Of a stretch of 64,000 bases of DNA, positions 49,084 through 61,676 are shown one piece after another. Numbering within the stretch: the first letter of the stretch is position 1; each line of letters begins with the position of its first letter. The notes under the pieces are model-generated. The model did no database searches. It was not told the origin of the DNA and saw only the letters and a list, made by a program, of their open reading frames with translations. A program made the position numbers and the translations under genes. Source of the DNA: Candidatus Endomicrobiellum siamense (lineage in GTDB: Bacteria; Elusimicrobiota; Endomicrobiia; Endomicrobiales; Endomicrobiaceae); assembly GCA_031268145.1 (NCBI GenBank), contig JAIRXS010000022.1:9574-73573 (forward strand), written 5' to 3'.

Positions 49084-49803
49084 TTATCTTCCATACTTTA
49101 CTAATTTTTTTAAAGTAATTTCAAAATCTTTTGGTAAAAACGTTTTAAAGGTTTTTTCCTCATTTGTGTTTGGAACTTTAAAAGTTAAAGATTCCAAATG
49201 AAGAGTCAATCTAGATATAAGAGGGTGTTCTTGTTGCCCTTTTTTACGTTTATACTTACGTTTTAATGAAGATAGTAATATAGGCCTATTTATACCATAT
49301 TTTGCATCTATAGCAAGAGGATTGCCCATACTCCAAAAATGTAATCTCAACTGATGCTTAAGACTCGTAACAGGTAAAGCTTCAACTAAAGTATAGCTTT
49401 TAAAACGCTCTAAAACTTTAAACCTTGTAATAGCTTCTATTCCTGTTATATTTATAGAAACATTATCTTTTAGCGCTAGCATTGGTTTGTTGATTTCACC
49501 TTCATTATCTTGAACAAAGCCTGAGAGTAAAGCTTTATATTTTCTAGCAATTGTTTTATTTTTAAATTGTTCGTTTATGTATTTATAAGATTTTTTATTT
49601 TTTGCAAAAACTACAAGTCCACTAGCACCAACATCAAGATTATGTATCGGAATTATTTTTTGATCAGTTTTTTGTTTGCTTAAAATATCTAAAACTGTCC
49701 TTGTTTCACTTACACCACACTGAGTAATCGTATATATGCCAGAAGCTTTATTTACGATTATAATGTTTTCATTCTCATAAATTATTTCTATTGTTTGTCT
49801 CAT
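49084..49803 (-). CDS. RluA-family pseudouridine synthase
   Basis: 239 aa with 'IIIVNKASG', a catalytic-Asp block 'HNLDVGASGLVVFAK' (usual form HRLD) and 'LHLESL'. Confidence 0.8.
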   Translation of the reverse strand: MRQTIEIIYENENIIIVNKASGIYTITQCGVSETRTVLDILSKQKTDQKIIPIHNLDVGASGLVVFAKNKKSYKYINEQFKNKTIARKYKALLSGFVQDNEGEINKPMLALKDNVSINITGIEAITRFKVLERFKSYTLVEALPVTSLKHQLRLHFWSMGNPLAIDAKYGINRPILLSSLKRKYKRKKGQQEHPLISRLTLHLESLTFKVPNTNEEKTFKTFLPKDFEITLKKLVKYGR

Positions 49804-49820
49804 CTAAATATAATAGCACA

Positions 49821-51461
49821 TCATTTTTGTATAGCGATTTTTCTAATTTGAGTGTTTCCGGAATCTGTTTTTATACTTATAAAATATATACCAGGAGCTA
49901 TTTTAGATCCATTTTCATTTGTTAAATCCCACCTAAGTGTTTTTCTGGTTAAGTCATCTTGTAATTCTAAAATACTAAAGCTTTTTACAAACTCACCATT
50001 TATATTATAAATCTTAGCATCTAATCTAGATACATCTTGTGAAAAATTAGCTATTTTTAAATAACTATTTGCACTAAGCGATGCTGGATTTGGATATATT
50101 AAAACATTTCTATCATCAGGATCTACTGGCACTGGTGTGGGTGGTACAGGGTCAGGTGGTAAAAATTGCGTATTTAGATAAAGTCTTCCGTATCCAAATA
50201 TACCGTTGGGCCCTCCTCCCATTTGTACTACATGCTCTCTTAGTAAAATTGCTTTGGCTTCGATTGGATTTCTTAAATCTACCTTTCCTGCACTTGCTAA
50301 GACTGCTAATGCTCCTGCCACTCTTGGCGCTGTGGGCGATGTTGCTCCTTCTTCACCTGGCGCACAAAGATCTGGTTTGATTGTATATGGCACTCTTATT
50401 ACATTACCTGACTCATCAACATCTTTCGGTATAGGCCCACGACCACTCATAGGTGATATTTTGTCTCTTTTGTTATAATCCTCAGGAAGTATAGCTCCTG
50501 TTTCAATTACCTCTTTATCTAGACCGTCAGTCCCTACACTATACTTTCTATACTCTTCCTCATCTGGAACTGGATTTAACAAGGAAAGCGGAGCGTTTAT
50601 ATTTAATGCAACATCTAAATAATCAACTGTATCACGGGTTCGTCTTATGTGTAAACTCCATATTTCGCCCTTCCGTAAAGTAGTGTCTTGTATAGGGTGT
50701 GTACGAATATTATAGTGATGCCATACCACATTGTTCTTAAAAAGTGTTTCAAACACAACTGCTATTCCTGTTGTAGTATTATTAATTGAGAAAAAGTATT
50801 GTGAGTTTGGTCGTGCAAAGCCTGATCTACAAATTCCCATCCCGAATCCTGAAGGATCATCTTTTTGAACAACAAAATCTAAATGATCTGTCCCATTAGG
50901 AAAGATCATGTAGTTATTTGTAGGATCAGAATTTTTTGTCAAGTGAAATCCATATGAACCTTGAGCGTTATTTCCTGCTATCAGACAACATGTTATGCCT
51001 GCATTTGCACAATCCACAAAGCCGCCAGCTCCAAATGGTCTTAAAAAGCTATAACCATTCCCATAACCACCACTATTTTGTGATTGAGAAACTAGTGTAA
51101 TATCCCCTGCCTGCAACCAGGCCAGGTCTGGATCCCAATTAGCTGATATATAAATTTCAGCTTCTGGTGCTATTTCATGAAATGCATCAATCATACTAGT
51201 GCCATGTTTCCATCCACTATAACTTTCTGGTACATGGCCGTTAGTGTGAATATTAATGCCTTTTTGGTCTCTTAAATTCTCCATCCGTCAAAGCCTTCTC
51301 CATCAAAAATAGCACACTTAACTCCTTGTCCTTTATAACCCGCCTTGTGATATTTTGTTACGTTTATTAAGTCTGTCATTTGACTACAAAAAGCAATAGA
51401 ACTAAAAAATATAGTAAGGATTAAGAGTATAAAAGCTAAACTACTACCCCTCCCCCCTCAT
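49821..51461 (-). pseudogene. subtilisin-like S8 serine protease with T9SS-type C-terminal sorting domain; two 5' frameshifts
   Basis: The main ORF (487 aa) has His 'WKHGTS', Ser 'GATSPTAPRVAG', a Pro-rich linker and the tail 'LIYPNPASLSA...GIYFISIKTDSGNTQIRKIAIQK'. The catalytic Asp block 'VKCAIFDGEG' and the signal peptide 'SSLAFILLILTIFFSSIAFCSQ' lie upstream in another frame. The ATG at 51461 is a third frame, separated by a G6 run (C6 on plus, 51452..51457). Confidence 0.8.
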
Positions 51462-51491
51462 AAATATACTCTTATCTTATACCGTCTAACA

Positions 51492-53510
<2,019 letters not shown>

Positions 53511-53921
53511 TTAATTGTTATTTCTTACAATTTTAAGTTTGTCTAAAATACCATTGACAAATTTACTAGAATCTTTTGTAGAATATTTTTTAGAAATCTC
53601 TACGGCTTCATCTATAATAACACTGATTGGTGTTTCTGGAGTCTCTAAAATTTCGTAAGTGGCAAGTCTTATAATATTTCTGTCTACTGTAGCCATTCTT
53701 TCTAAATCCCAATTTTTAATATACTTTTTTATCAAAGAATCTATTTCTTCTTTCTTTTGGCAAACACCTTTAAACAACTTTTTTGCAAACTCTCTATAGG
53801 CTTCAACTGTTGGCAAAGTATCACTAAAAAAATCTAAAACGGTTTCAGCTGGAATATTACAAGTATCAACAGTGTACAACATCTGTAAAGAACATTCTCT
53901 AGCTTCTCTTCTGGAACTCAT
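53511..53921 (-). CDS. nusB: transcription antitermination factor NusB
   Basis: The protein carries 'RREARECSLQMLY' and 'IDEAVEISKKY'. I chose the internal Met (53921), which gives 136 aa. The track ORF extends to 53990. Confidence 0.85.
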   Translation of the reverse strand: MSSRREARECSLQMLYTVDTCNIPAETVLDFFSDTLPTVEAYREFAKKLFKGVCQKKEEIDSLIKKYIKNWDLERMATVDRNIIRLATYEILETPETPISVIIDEAVEISKKYSTKDSSKFVNGILDKLKIVRNNN

Positions 53922-54011
53922 AAAGCAGTAACCCCTCGCTATACTTATTGAATTGATAAGAATTTTATAAAATATAGAACAACCATTCAAATATATCCCA
54001 TTACTTTAAAC

Positions 54012-54056
54012 CACAAAAATAAGGAAGCAAAAGAAACTAATTTCTTTTACTTCCTT
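54012..54056 (-). terminator. rho-independent terminator downstream of the SPFH gene
   Basis: A 16-bp stem aaggaagcaaaagaaa/tttcttttacttcctt (one mismatch) has a 4-nt loop. On the minus strand it is followed by ATTTTTG. Confidence 0.65.
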
Positions 54057-54081
54057 ATAATATTAATTATATTTTTTTATA

Positions 54082-55014
54082 CTACTTCTTTTCTCTAATC
54101 TTAGATTCTTTAAAAAGTTCTGCTATACCACCAATTGAAGCTGTAACACCAGACGTTTCTAAAGGCAAAAATACTTTTGTCGCTTGTCCATCTGCAATAT
54201 TGCCAAGCGCTTCAAGATACTTTATAGCAATAAGATCGTTTGTAGGTTTGCCTTCATGTATAGCATTGTAGACAACTTCTATTTTGTATTTTTCCGCTTC
54301 TGCAACTTTTCTTATAGCCTCAGCCTGACCTGTAGCTTCTAATACTTGTTTCTCTTTTACTGCTTCTGCGTCAAGTATGACGGCTTGTTTTGCACCTTCA
54401 GCTTTTAAAATAGCTGCTTGCCTTAAACCTTCTGCTTCTAAAATATTTGCTCTCTTCTCTCTTTCAGCTTTCATTTGTTTTGACATAGCATCTGTAATAT
54501 CCCTAGGAGGATCTATTTTTTGTATCTCAACTCTTGTAACTTTTACACCCCATTTATCTGTAGCTTCATCCATAACTTCTCTTAGTTGTGTATTTATCTT
54601 TTCTCTTGAAGTAAGAGTACTATCTAACTCCATGTCGCCAATAACATTCCTCAAGTTTGTTTGAGCAAGTTTTAACGCAGCAAGCGCAAAATTTTCAATA
54701 TTATAAACCACTTTTACAGGATCTGTAACCTGAAAATAAATAATAGCATCTACAACAACAGAAACATTGTCTTTTGTAATAACACTTTGAGGAGGCACAT
54801 CTATTACGCGCTCTCTCATATCTACTCTGAGCATTCTTTGAAATATAGGCACAATAATATTAAGTCCAGATCCTTTTGTTCCTGTATACTTTCCTAAAGT
54901 TTCTACTAACCCTTTTTCATATTGCCTTATTATTTTTATTGAACTTGCTATAAAAATAAATACAAGCGCCACTAAAGCAAAAACAAAAACTGTAAATCCA
55001 CCGTATATAATCAT
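54082..55014 (-). CDS. SPFH/band-7 (stomatin-like) membrane protein
   Basis: 310 aa with an N-terminal TM segment, an SPFH core ('RVDMRERVIDVPPQSVITKDN', 'WGVKVTRVEIQKIDPP') and an Ala/Glu-rich coiled coil. Confidence 0.9.
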   Translation of the reverse strand: MIIYGGFTVFVFALVALVFIFIASSIKIIRQYEKGLVETLGKYTGTKGSGLNIIVPIFQRMLRVDMRERVIDVPPQSVITKDNVSVVVDAIIYFQVTDPVKVVYNIENFALAALKLAQTNLRNVIGDMELDSTLTSREKINTQLREVMDEATDKWGVKVTRVEIQKIDPPRDITDAMSKQMKAEREKRANILEAEGLRQAAILKAEGAKQAVILDAEAVKEKQVLEATGQAEAIRKVAEAEKYKIEVVYNAIHEGKPTNDLIAIKYLEALGNIADGQATKVFLPLETSGVTASIGGIAELFKESKIREKK

Positions 55015-55028
55015 TTACCCCCCCTTCC

Positions 55029-55463
55029 CTATTTTTTTACTATTAAAGACGTACCATCTACATTTTTTATTTTTACTGTTTCACCTATTTTAATATCAGT
55101 ATCAGATTTTGCTCTCCAAACTTCTCCGGAAACTTTAACAAAGCCAGCTTTTATAGATGTTATTTCTTCTATGACAACTGCATTTGCTTCAATTAAAGAA
55201 TCTACATTAGACTTAGTAGTTTTTAATTTGCTTATCATTTTTTTAAACACTGGCCTTATTGTATACAATGACACAATAGATATCAATATAAAAATAAGTA
55301 TTTGAAGCCACAATATGTCGATAAAATAATAAGCGCTAAATCCTGCAAAAATTGAACCTATAGCAATACAAACAAAAAAGAAAACAGATGATGTTAAAAC
55401 TTCACAAATAATAAGTATTACAGCAAATATCAACCATGAAATTAAAGTCATATCAACCTCCAC
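55029..55463 (-). CDS. NfeD-family membrane protein
   Basis: 144 aa with three TM segments plus an OB-fold tail ('GFVKVSGEVWRAKSD...GETVKIKNVDGTSLIV'). It is paired with the SPFH gene. Confidence 0.85.
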   Translation of the reverse strand: MEVDMTLISWLIFAVILIICEVLTSSVFFFVCIAIGSIFAGFSAYYFIDILWLQILIFILISIVSLYTIRPVFKKMISKLKTTKSNVDSLIEANAVVIEEITSIKAGFVKVSGEVWRAKSDTDIKIGETVKIKNVDGTSLIVKK

Positions 55464-56230
55464 CTTTTAATAGGCCAATATAAAAATAAAGGTTTCCCTT
55501 TTACATTTTTATCAGGAAGCGGCCCCCAAAACCGAGAATCAAAAGAAAAATCTCTATTGTCGCCCAACATCATATAATGTCCTTGTGGGACAACTATTGG
55601 TCCGAAATTATCTCTTATAAAAACTGCTGGAACTGTAGCAAGCTTACCATTTTGCCAAGATTTTTGATAATCTTCATTATTAGAAAATAAATCAAAAGCA
55701 TTTAAAACATTATGATCGTCAAAAGTTACATAGGACTCATTGACTTCAATCTCATTTACAAAAAGTTTTTTATTTTTTATTTCAACTTTATCTCCACCAA
55801 CAGCAACACATCTTTTTATGTAATCTTTTTTTACACCTTGTTCTCTTTCTAAAACACTTAAAGCTTCTGGAGGGCATTGAAATACAACTATATCACCCAC
55901 TTTAACATCTCTTATAGCAAAATAACGCTTTCCACTGCTTGTAAAAGGAACTTTAAAACCATAAATAAATTTATTTACAAACAGATGATCTCCTTCTAAA
56001 AGAGTATTCCTCATACTGCCTGAAGGAATTTTAAACGCCTGTATGAAAAAAAACATTATAAAAGATGCCATTATTAAAGCAGACCAAGCTGTGTCAACCC
56101 AAGAATAAACTTGCTTAAACACTTTTTGCGTTTTAATAGTTTTTAAACGTTTTTTTAATAACTGCATTATCATTGCTACAGCAAAAAGAATGCACCCTGC
56201 AATAAACAACTTAAGTTCCATAATATACAA
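55448..56230 (-). CDS. lepB: signal peptidase I
   Basis: 260 aa with 'IPSGSMRNTL' (catalytic Ser), 'KRCVAVGGD' (Lys) and 'GDNRDFSFDSR'. Confidence 0.95.
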   Translation of the reverse strand: MYIMELKLFIAGCILFAVAMIMQLLKKRLKTIKTQKVFKQVYSWVDTAWSALIMASFIMFFFIQAFKIPSGSMRNTLLEGDHLFVNKFIYGFKVPFTSSGKRYFAIRDVKVGDIVVFQCPPEALSVLEREQGVKKDYIKRCVAVGGDKVEIKNKKLFVNEIEVNESYVTFDDHNVLNAFDLFSNNEDYQKSWQNGKLATVPAVFIRDNFGPIVVPQGHYMMLGDNRDFSFDSRFWGPLPDKNVKGKPLFLYWPIKRWRLI

Positions 56231-56235
56231 CCTCT

Positions 56236-58023
56236 TTACTCATCAATTTGTAGTACACTGACAAAAGCTTCTGACGGAATTTCCACTTTACCAAACTGCC
56301 TCATTTTACGTTTTCCTTCTTTTTGTTTTTCAAGAAGCTTACGTTTTCTAGTTATATCGCCACCATAACATTTTGCAAGTACGTCCTTACGCATAGCAGA
56401 AACTGTTTCTCTAGCAATTATTTTATTATTTATTTTTGCTTGTATTGGGACTTCAAACATATGTCTAGGAATAATGCTTTTTAATTTTTCTGTCAAATAA
56501 TGTGCTGCATTTTGAGCTTTATCTTTGTGAGTTATAATCGTAAAAGCGTCAACCACTTCAGAATTAATCATTATTTCTAATTTAACTAAGTCTCCTTCTT
56601 GAGGATCTATATGCTCATAATCAAAAGAGGCGTATCCTTTAGAAACAGATTTTAAAGCATCGTAAAAACTTACAATAATTTCTGCTAAAGGCATATAATA
56701 TTTGAGCAAAACTATTTTTGTGTTCATATATTTCATTGAAATTTGCTTGCCTCTTCTTTTTTGGCAAAGTTCCATTATAGCTCCCAAATAATCTACAGGA
56801 CAAATTATTGTGGATTCTACATAAGGTTCCCAAATTTCTTCTATATCAGCATTATTTGGAAATCTTGAAGGGTTATCTACTGTAACAAATTTACCTTTTG
56901 ATTTCACTTTATATACAACATTTGGCGCTGTAACTAAAAGATTTAAATAAAATTCTCTTTCTAGTCTCTCTTTTACTATTTCTAAATGTAAAGACCCTAG
57001 AAAACCACACCTAAAACCAAAGCCTAAAGCAACTGAAGTTTCTGGAAAATAAACTAAAGAAGAATCTGATAATTTTAATTTTTCTAAAGCCATTTTAAGT
57101 TCGTCATAATCAGAAGTACTATTTGGATAAAGACCAGCAAAAACAAAAGGATTGATTTCTTTATAGCCTTCATGTGGATGACTGGTTGGATATAAAGTTT
57201 CTGTAATTGTATCGCCAATTTTTATATCCCCTATATCTTTTACACCAGCTACAACATAACCTACTTCGCCAGATATAATCTCCTCTGCTTCCACCATTTT
57301 TATCTTCATATATCCAACTTCAAGCACTTCATGTTGTGCGCCTGAGGCCATAAATTTTATTTTCATACCTTTTTTAATTTTACCATCAAAAACCCTTATT
57401 ATAACTACAACTCCTCTATAGGAGTCATAAAAAGAGTCAAAAATTAATGCAGATAAAGGCTCCTCTTTTACCACTTTTGCAGACGGAATATTAGCAATTA
57501 CAGAATCAATAATTTCACTTATTCCTATACCTTCTTTTGCGCTTGCAAGAATTGGTTCTGCATCAATATCTAACCCTTCTTTCATTTGCTCATAAACACT
57601 GTCTGCATCTGCAGTAGGTAAATCTATTTTGTTGATTACAGGAATAATTTTAAGATTAGCGTTTTTTGCCAACATTGTGTTTGCAAGTGTTTGCGCTTCA
57701 ACACCCTGAGTAGCATCTATTACTAAAATCGCCCCTTCACATGCAGCTAAAGCTCTTGAAACTTCATATGTAAAATCTACATGGCCAGGTGTGTCAATTA
57801 AATTAAGAATGTATGGATTCCCTTTTTTATCTGTATAGTTCATTCTTACTGCTTTAGCTTTTATGGTTATACCTCTTTCCCTTTCAAGCTCCATACCGTC
57901 AAGAATTTGATCTTTCATTTCTCTTTTAGATATTGTACCTGTATATTCAAGCAACCTATCTGCAAGAGTACTTTTACCATGGTCTATATGCGCTATAATA
58001 CAAAAATTTCTTATATTTGACAT
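56236..58023 (-). CDS. lepA: translation elongation factor 4
   Basis: 595 aa with '[16 protein letters not shown]', 'DTPGHVDF' and 'NKIDL'. Confidence 0.95.
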   Translation of the reverse strand: MSNIRNFCIIAHIDHGKSTLADRLLEYTGTISKREMKDQILDGMELERERGITIKAKAVRMNYTDKKGNPYILNLIDTPGHVDFTYEVSRALAACEGAILVIDATQGVEAQTLANTMLAKNANLKIIPVINKIDLPTADADSVYEQMKEGLDIDAEPILASAKEGIGISEIIDSVIANIPSAKVVKEEPLSALIFDSFYDSYRGVVVIIRVFDGKIKKGMKIKFMASGAQHEVLEVGYMKIKMVEAEEIISGEVGYVVAGVKDIGDIKIGDTITETLYPTSHPHEGYKEINPFVFAGLYPNSTSDYDELKMALEKLKLSDSSLVYFPETSVALGFGFRCGFLGSLHLEIVKERLEREFYLNLLVTAPNVVYKVKSKGKFVTVDNPSRFPNNADIEEIWEPYVESTIICPVDYLGAIMELCQKRRGKQISMKYMNTKIVLLKYYMPLAEIIVSFYDALKSVSKGYASFDYEHIDPQEGDLVKLEIMINSEVVDAFTIITHKDKAQNAAHYLTEKLKSIIPRHMFEVPIQAKINNKIIARETVSAMRKDVLAKCYGGDITRKRKLLEKQKEGKRKMRQFGKVEIPSEAFVSVLQIDE

Positions 58024-58217
58024 TTAACTTACCTTTTATTTTTGAATATATTTTTAAAGATAATCAAAGAAGATAAAATTGATAAAAACTCTTTGAAAAA
58101 TAAAAATTAGTAATCTATTTTATATACCCTTTTCAAAATTGCAAGCAATTTCTTTCTTTTCAGTAAACACTATTGCTTAAAAGTGCCGGTTTGTTATTTA
58201 TGTATTTTTCATTATAC

Positions 58218-59957
58218 TTATTGCCTCGTAAGCGTGCTCATTATTTTTGAAATGGATTTTTTGTCACCACATTGTAAAATTTTATCTGCTATTTCTTTTA
58301 CTTCTTTAAAAGACATACTTCGTATAATTTTTTTTATTTTAAGAACTTGAAATGGCGATACACTAAACTCATCAAGACCAAATCCTAAAAGGATAGGCGT
58401 ATATAATGGATCTCCTGCCATTTCCCCGCACATAGCAACTTCTATATTTTCCTTATGAGCACTATCTATAATTTGCTTAATAAGTCTTAAAACTGCAGGA
58501 TGAGTAGGGTCATAAATATTTACAACGTTTTCATTTCCTCTATCAACTGCTAAAGTATACTGTATCAAATCGTTTGTACCTATTGAGACAAAATCAACTT
58601 CCTTAGCTATAATATCCGTAATAACAGCTGCAGACGGAATTTCTATCATTGTTCCAACTTGTATATCTTCATCAAATTTTATATTGCTTTCTCTTAAATC
58701 TTGTTTAACATCTTGAAGTATTTTATTTGCACTACGAAGCTCTTCAATACTTGATATCATAGGATACATAATCCTTATCTTACCAAAAGCAGATGCTCTT
58801 AAAATACCTCTTAACTGGGTAATAAAAACATCAGGATATTTAAGGCATAATCTTATTGCTCTTAACCCTAAAAATGGATTTTGCTCTGTACTGACATTTA
58901 AAAGTCCAAACTTGGCAAATTTATCTCCGCCTAAATCTATTGTTCTTATAGTTGTGGTATATTCAGACATTTCCCTTACAACTTTATAATATTCTTCAAA
59001 ATGTTCTTGTTCAGATGGCAAAGTATTTCTATTAAAATACATAAATTCTGTTCTGTAAAGACCTATGCCTTTTGCTCCGCTATTTAAAGCATGTGACACC
59101 TCATCACTATTGTCAATATTTGCAAAAATTGAAGTTGTATGCTTATCTAGCGTTTCAATAGGCAAATCTTTTAATTTTCTTAGTTCTTCTATTTCTTCAT
59201 GCTGTCTATCGTAATATTTTTGATATTTTTCCAATACTTCATCCGATGGATTCAATATTACTTCACCAGCATTCCCATCTAAAATTATCATGTCGCCTGT
59301 CCTAATTTTAGAAGATGCAACTTTTAAACCAGCAACAGCAGGTATTCCAAGTCCTTGCGCTATAATAGCTGTGTGCGATGTTTTACCACCAATATCTGTA
59401 ACAAATCCTTTAACTAATTTTTCTCTTATTGCAACAGTGTCTGTAGGAGTAAGATTATGAGCAACTACTATAGAGTTTTCTTTTAAATTTGCATAATTCC
59501 TTTTTTGTTTGCCAAACAAGTTTGCCAAAATCTTTTTACCAATTTCCTGCACATCCAATTTTCTTTCTTTAAAATAGCCATCTTTAATTGCGTCAAAAGA
59601 ACGAATAATCTTATCTATTGTTTTAAATAGTGCATATTCTGCATTAGTACCATATTCTATAAGATTATAAACATTTTTTTTCATAGACGGATCGTCTAAA
59701 ATTAATATATGAGCATTCGTTATATGTGCATAATCTTCGCCCAAAACATTATTAACTTTATTGTAAACTTCTTTAAGCTCTTGCCTTGTTTTTTCGATTG
59801 CATTATCAAAACGTTTTTTTTCATTTTCTATTCTGTTTTTAGGTATTTCTCTATAAATTAAACAAAAATCATCTTCATCTAAAACAAATGCTCTGCCTAC
59901 AATAATACCCACAGAAGCCGAAACACCTTTTAAAATAATATTTTTTGATTTAGGCAT
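58218..59957 (-). CDS. ptsI: PTS enzyme I (phosphoenolpyruvate-protein phosphotransferase)
   Basis: 579 aa with 'GGKTSHTAIIAQGLGIPAV' (phospho-His), 'GLYRTEF' and 'SIGTNDLIQY'. Confidence 0.95.
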   Translation of the reverse strand: MPKSKNIILKGVSASVGIIVGRAFVLDEDDFCLIYREIPKNRIENEKKRFDNAIEKTRQELKEVYNKVNNVLGEDYAHITNAHILILDDPSMKKNVYNLIEYGTNAEYALFKTIDKIIRSFDAIKDGYFKERKLDVQEIGKKILANLFGKQKRNYANLKENSIVVAHNLTPTDTVAIREKLVKGFVTDIGGKTSHTAIIAQGLGIPAVAGLKVASSKIRTGDMIILDGNAGEVILNPSDEVLEKYQKYYDRQHEEIEELRKLKDLPIETLDKHTTSIFANIDNSDEVSHALNSGAKGIGLYRTEFMYFNRNTLPSEQEHFEEYYKVVREMSEYTTTIRTIDLGGDKFAKFGLLNVSTEQNPFLGLRAIRLCLKYPDVFITQLRGILRASAFGKIRIMYPMISSIEELRSANKILQDVKQDLRESNIKFDEDIQVGTMIEIPSAAVITDIIAKEVDFVSIGTNDLIQYTLAVDRGNENVVNIYDPTHPAVLRLIKQIIDSAHKENIEVAMCGEMAGDPLYTPILLGFGLDEFSVSPFQVLKIKKIIRSMSFKEVKEIADKILQCGDKKSISKIMSTLTRQ

Positions 59958-59968
59958 TTTAGTTCCTT

Positions 59969-60232
59969 TTATTCGCTAAAATTAGATTTAAATAAATTTT
60001 CTAGTTCAGCTAAAACCTCGTTTTCATCAGGCCCTTCTGCCACAAATTTTAACTCGCTTCCTTGCCCTGCAGCTAGAGTCATAATTCCCATGATACTCTT
60101 TGCATCTATATCAAAATCATCTTTTATAATTTTTACAGAAGATTTATACTTGCTTGTGGTCTGGACTAGCATAGCTGCAGGTCTTGCATGTAAACCCATT
60201 TTATTAGAAACTATTATAATTTTTTCTTTCAA
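59969..60232 (-). CDS. ptsH: phosphocarrier protein HPr
   Basis: 87 aa with 'GLHARPAA' (His15) and 'AKSIMGIMTL' (Ser46). Confidence 0.9.
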   Translation of the reverse strand: MKEKIIIVSNKMGLHARPAAMLVQTTSKYKSSVKIIKDDFDIDAKSIMGIMTLAAGQGSELKFVAEGPDENEVLAELENLFKSNFSE

Positions 60233-60235
60233 TTT

Positions 60236-61015
60236 TTAAATCCTTAAATAAGATACTAAAGAACATATTATTATTACACTATAAAATAAAAAAATTACTC
60301 CAAATCTACTACAAAATATTGAAAACAAAAAAACCATTATATACAAAAATAAATCGCTTTCTTTGCCTCCAAAAAACAAATTGCTTGTAGGACTAGCTTT
60401 AAAAATTAAAAGATATACAAACAATGCAAATACAACAACAATAAATCCAACATATTTTAGTATAGGCATTAAAGTTTTAATGTTTGATATTACAGATAAA
60501 CTATTTTTACTTAATTTAAAACCTATAAACATAAGCCAACTTCTACAGGCAATATGGAAACTATTATAAATAACAATAAAAATAATTGGAACAAAAATTG
60601 CATATCTTTGAAAATTTTGATCTGTAAATTTCATAAAAAACAACATAACCAAAATACTAAGACAAGCTACTAATGGCCTTAACATACCAAAAAATAGAGG
60701 ATCGCCAATAGCTGCTAGTGGACCTGCCATTTGATTTTTAATGCCATTTGTATCAAATGAATCGTTTTTGCTTATACTTTTTTCTTTCTCCAAATTTGCA
60801 ACTATAGCAATCAATAAAGGAGCCATATACGGGTGAGTATTGAAATAACCTGTATGTCTCATTAATGCTTCTTGTTTAGACTTTTTGTCTATATACACTT
60901 TATCTAAAAATGGCTTTAATATATATATGAAACCAATGTTTTGCATGCGTTCAAAATTCCATAAAGCTTGAAGAAAAAAAGATCTTATAAACATCTTTAA
61001 ATATACTTTAATCAT
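60236..61015 (-). CDS. manZ: PTS mannose/fructose/sorbose-family IID component
   Basis: 259 aa with 'RSFFLQALWNFERMQNIGF' and 'FNTHPYMAP', followed by multiple TM segments. Confidence 0.8.
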   Translation of the reverse strand: MIKVYLKMFIRSFFLQALWNFERMQNIGFIYILKPFLDKVYIDKKSKQEALMRHTGYFNTHPYMAPLLIAIVANLEKEKSISKNDSFDTNGIKNQMAGPLAAIGDPLFFGMLRPLVACLSILVMLFFMKFTDQNFQRYAIFVPIIFIVIYNSFHIACRSWLMFIGFKLSKNSLSVISNIKTLMPILKYVGFIVVVFALFVYLLIFKASPTSNLFFGGKESDLFLYIMVFLFSIFCSRFGVIFLFYSVIIICSLVSYLRI

Positions 61016-61016
61016 C

Positions 61017-61658
61017 TTAAAAATCCTTAAAAAATATTTTTCTAAAGATATTAAACTCTTTTATAACTAAAACAAAACCTACTATTGGCAATAAATACCA
61101 AGCATTTCGTAAACCTAAAAGAATAAACCCAGAAAGCTGCAAATACAGTCCTGAGTATATTAGGCCTCCAACATACATAGCAAACAAATAAAATAAAAAC
61201 AGTCTTGCTGCAAAAAGAAAAAGTCCTAAGAATATACCTGCATATATTTGCCAATATTTCTGACTCTTTATTGCTTTTTCAACAAAATGCATAATTTGAG
61301 TATTAAAATTTCTACCAGAAATATCCATATCTCTATAAAAATATGCAAAGGGAACAGATAAAACTAAAGCAAAAACTGCTGCCTCTTGTAATCCAAAAAA
61401 ATACTTACATACCCAAAAAGTAGCCAGAATGCTTATTAAAGAAACATCCACAGGTACTATTACTCCCATCGGAATAGCATTTACCCACAGTAATTCCACA
61501 ATCATTCCTATCCAAAAACCTGTATTAATATCACCCATAAAATAACCAACAATAGGTGCACAAAATATAGGACGGCATATCATAAACTGTCCAAAAGCAG
61601 TTATATCCATACTGCACAACGTACCTATTAAAGCATAAAAAAATATACTTTCTATCAT
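61017..61658 (-). CDS. manY: PTS mannose/fructose/sorbose-family IIC component
   Basis: 213-aa polytopic membrane protein located directly upstream of IID. The sequence is IIC-like (N-terminal 'LDxxAFGQFMISRP'-type motif present as 'MDITAFGQFMICRP'). Confidence 0.75.
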   Translation of the reverse strand: MIESIFFYALIGTLCSMDITAFGQFMICRPIFCAPIVGYFMGDINTGFWIGMIVELLWVNAIPMGVIVPVDVSLISILATFWVCKYFFGLQEAAVFALVLSVPFAYFYRDMDISGRNFNTQIMHFVEKAIKSQKYWQIYAGIFLGLFLFAARLFLFYLFAMYVGGLIYSGLYLQLSGFILLGLRNAWYLLPIVGFVLVIKEFNIFRKIFFKDF

Positions 61659-61676
61659 AGACCACCTATCTATACG

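Noticed and set aside
50081-50478. Leu-rich repetitive plus-strand ORFs suggesting a repeat protein
   Set aside because: They mirror the Pro/Val/Asp-rich linker and Gly-rich core of the S8 protease on the minus strand. This is not an independent feature.
54082-55463. SPFH/NfeD pair as a novel system
   Set aside because: This is a well-known conserved two-gene membrane-scaffold operon, and nothing unusual was seen in it here.
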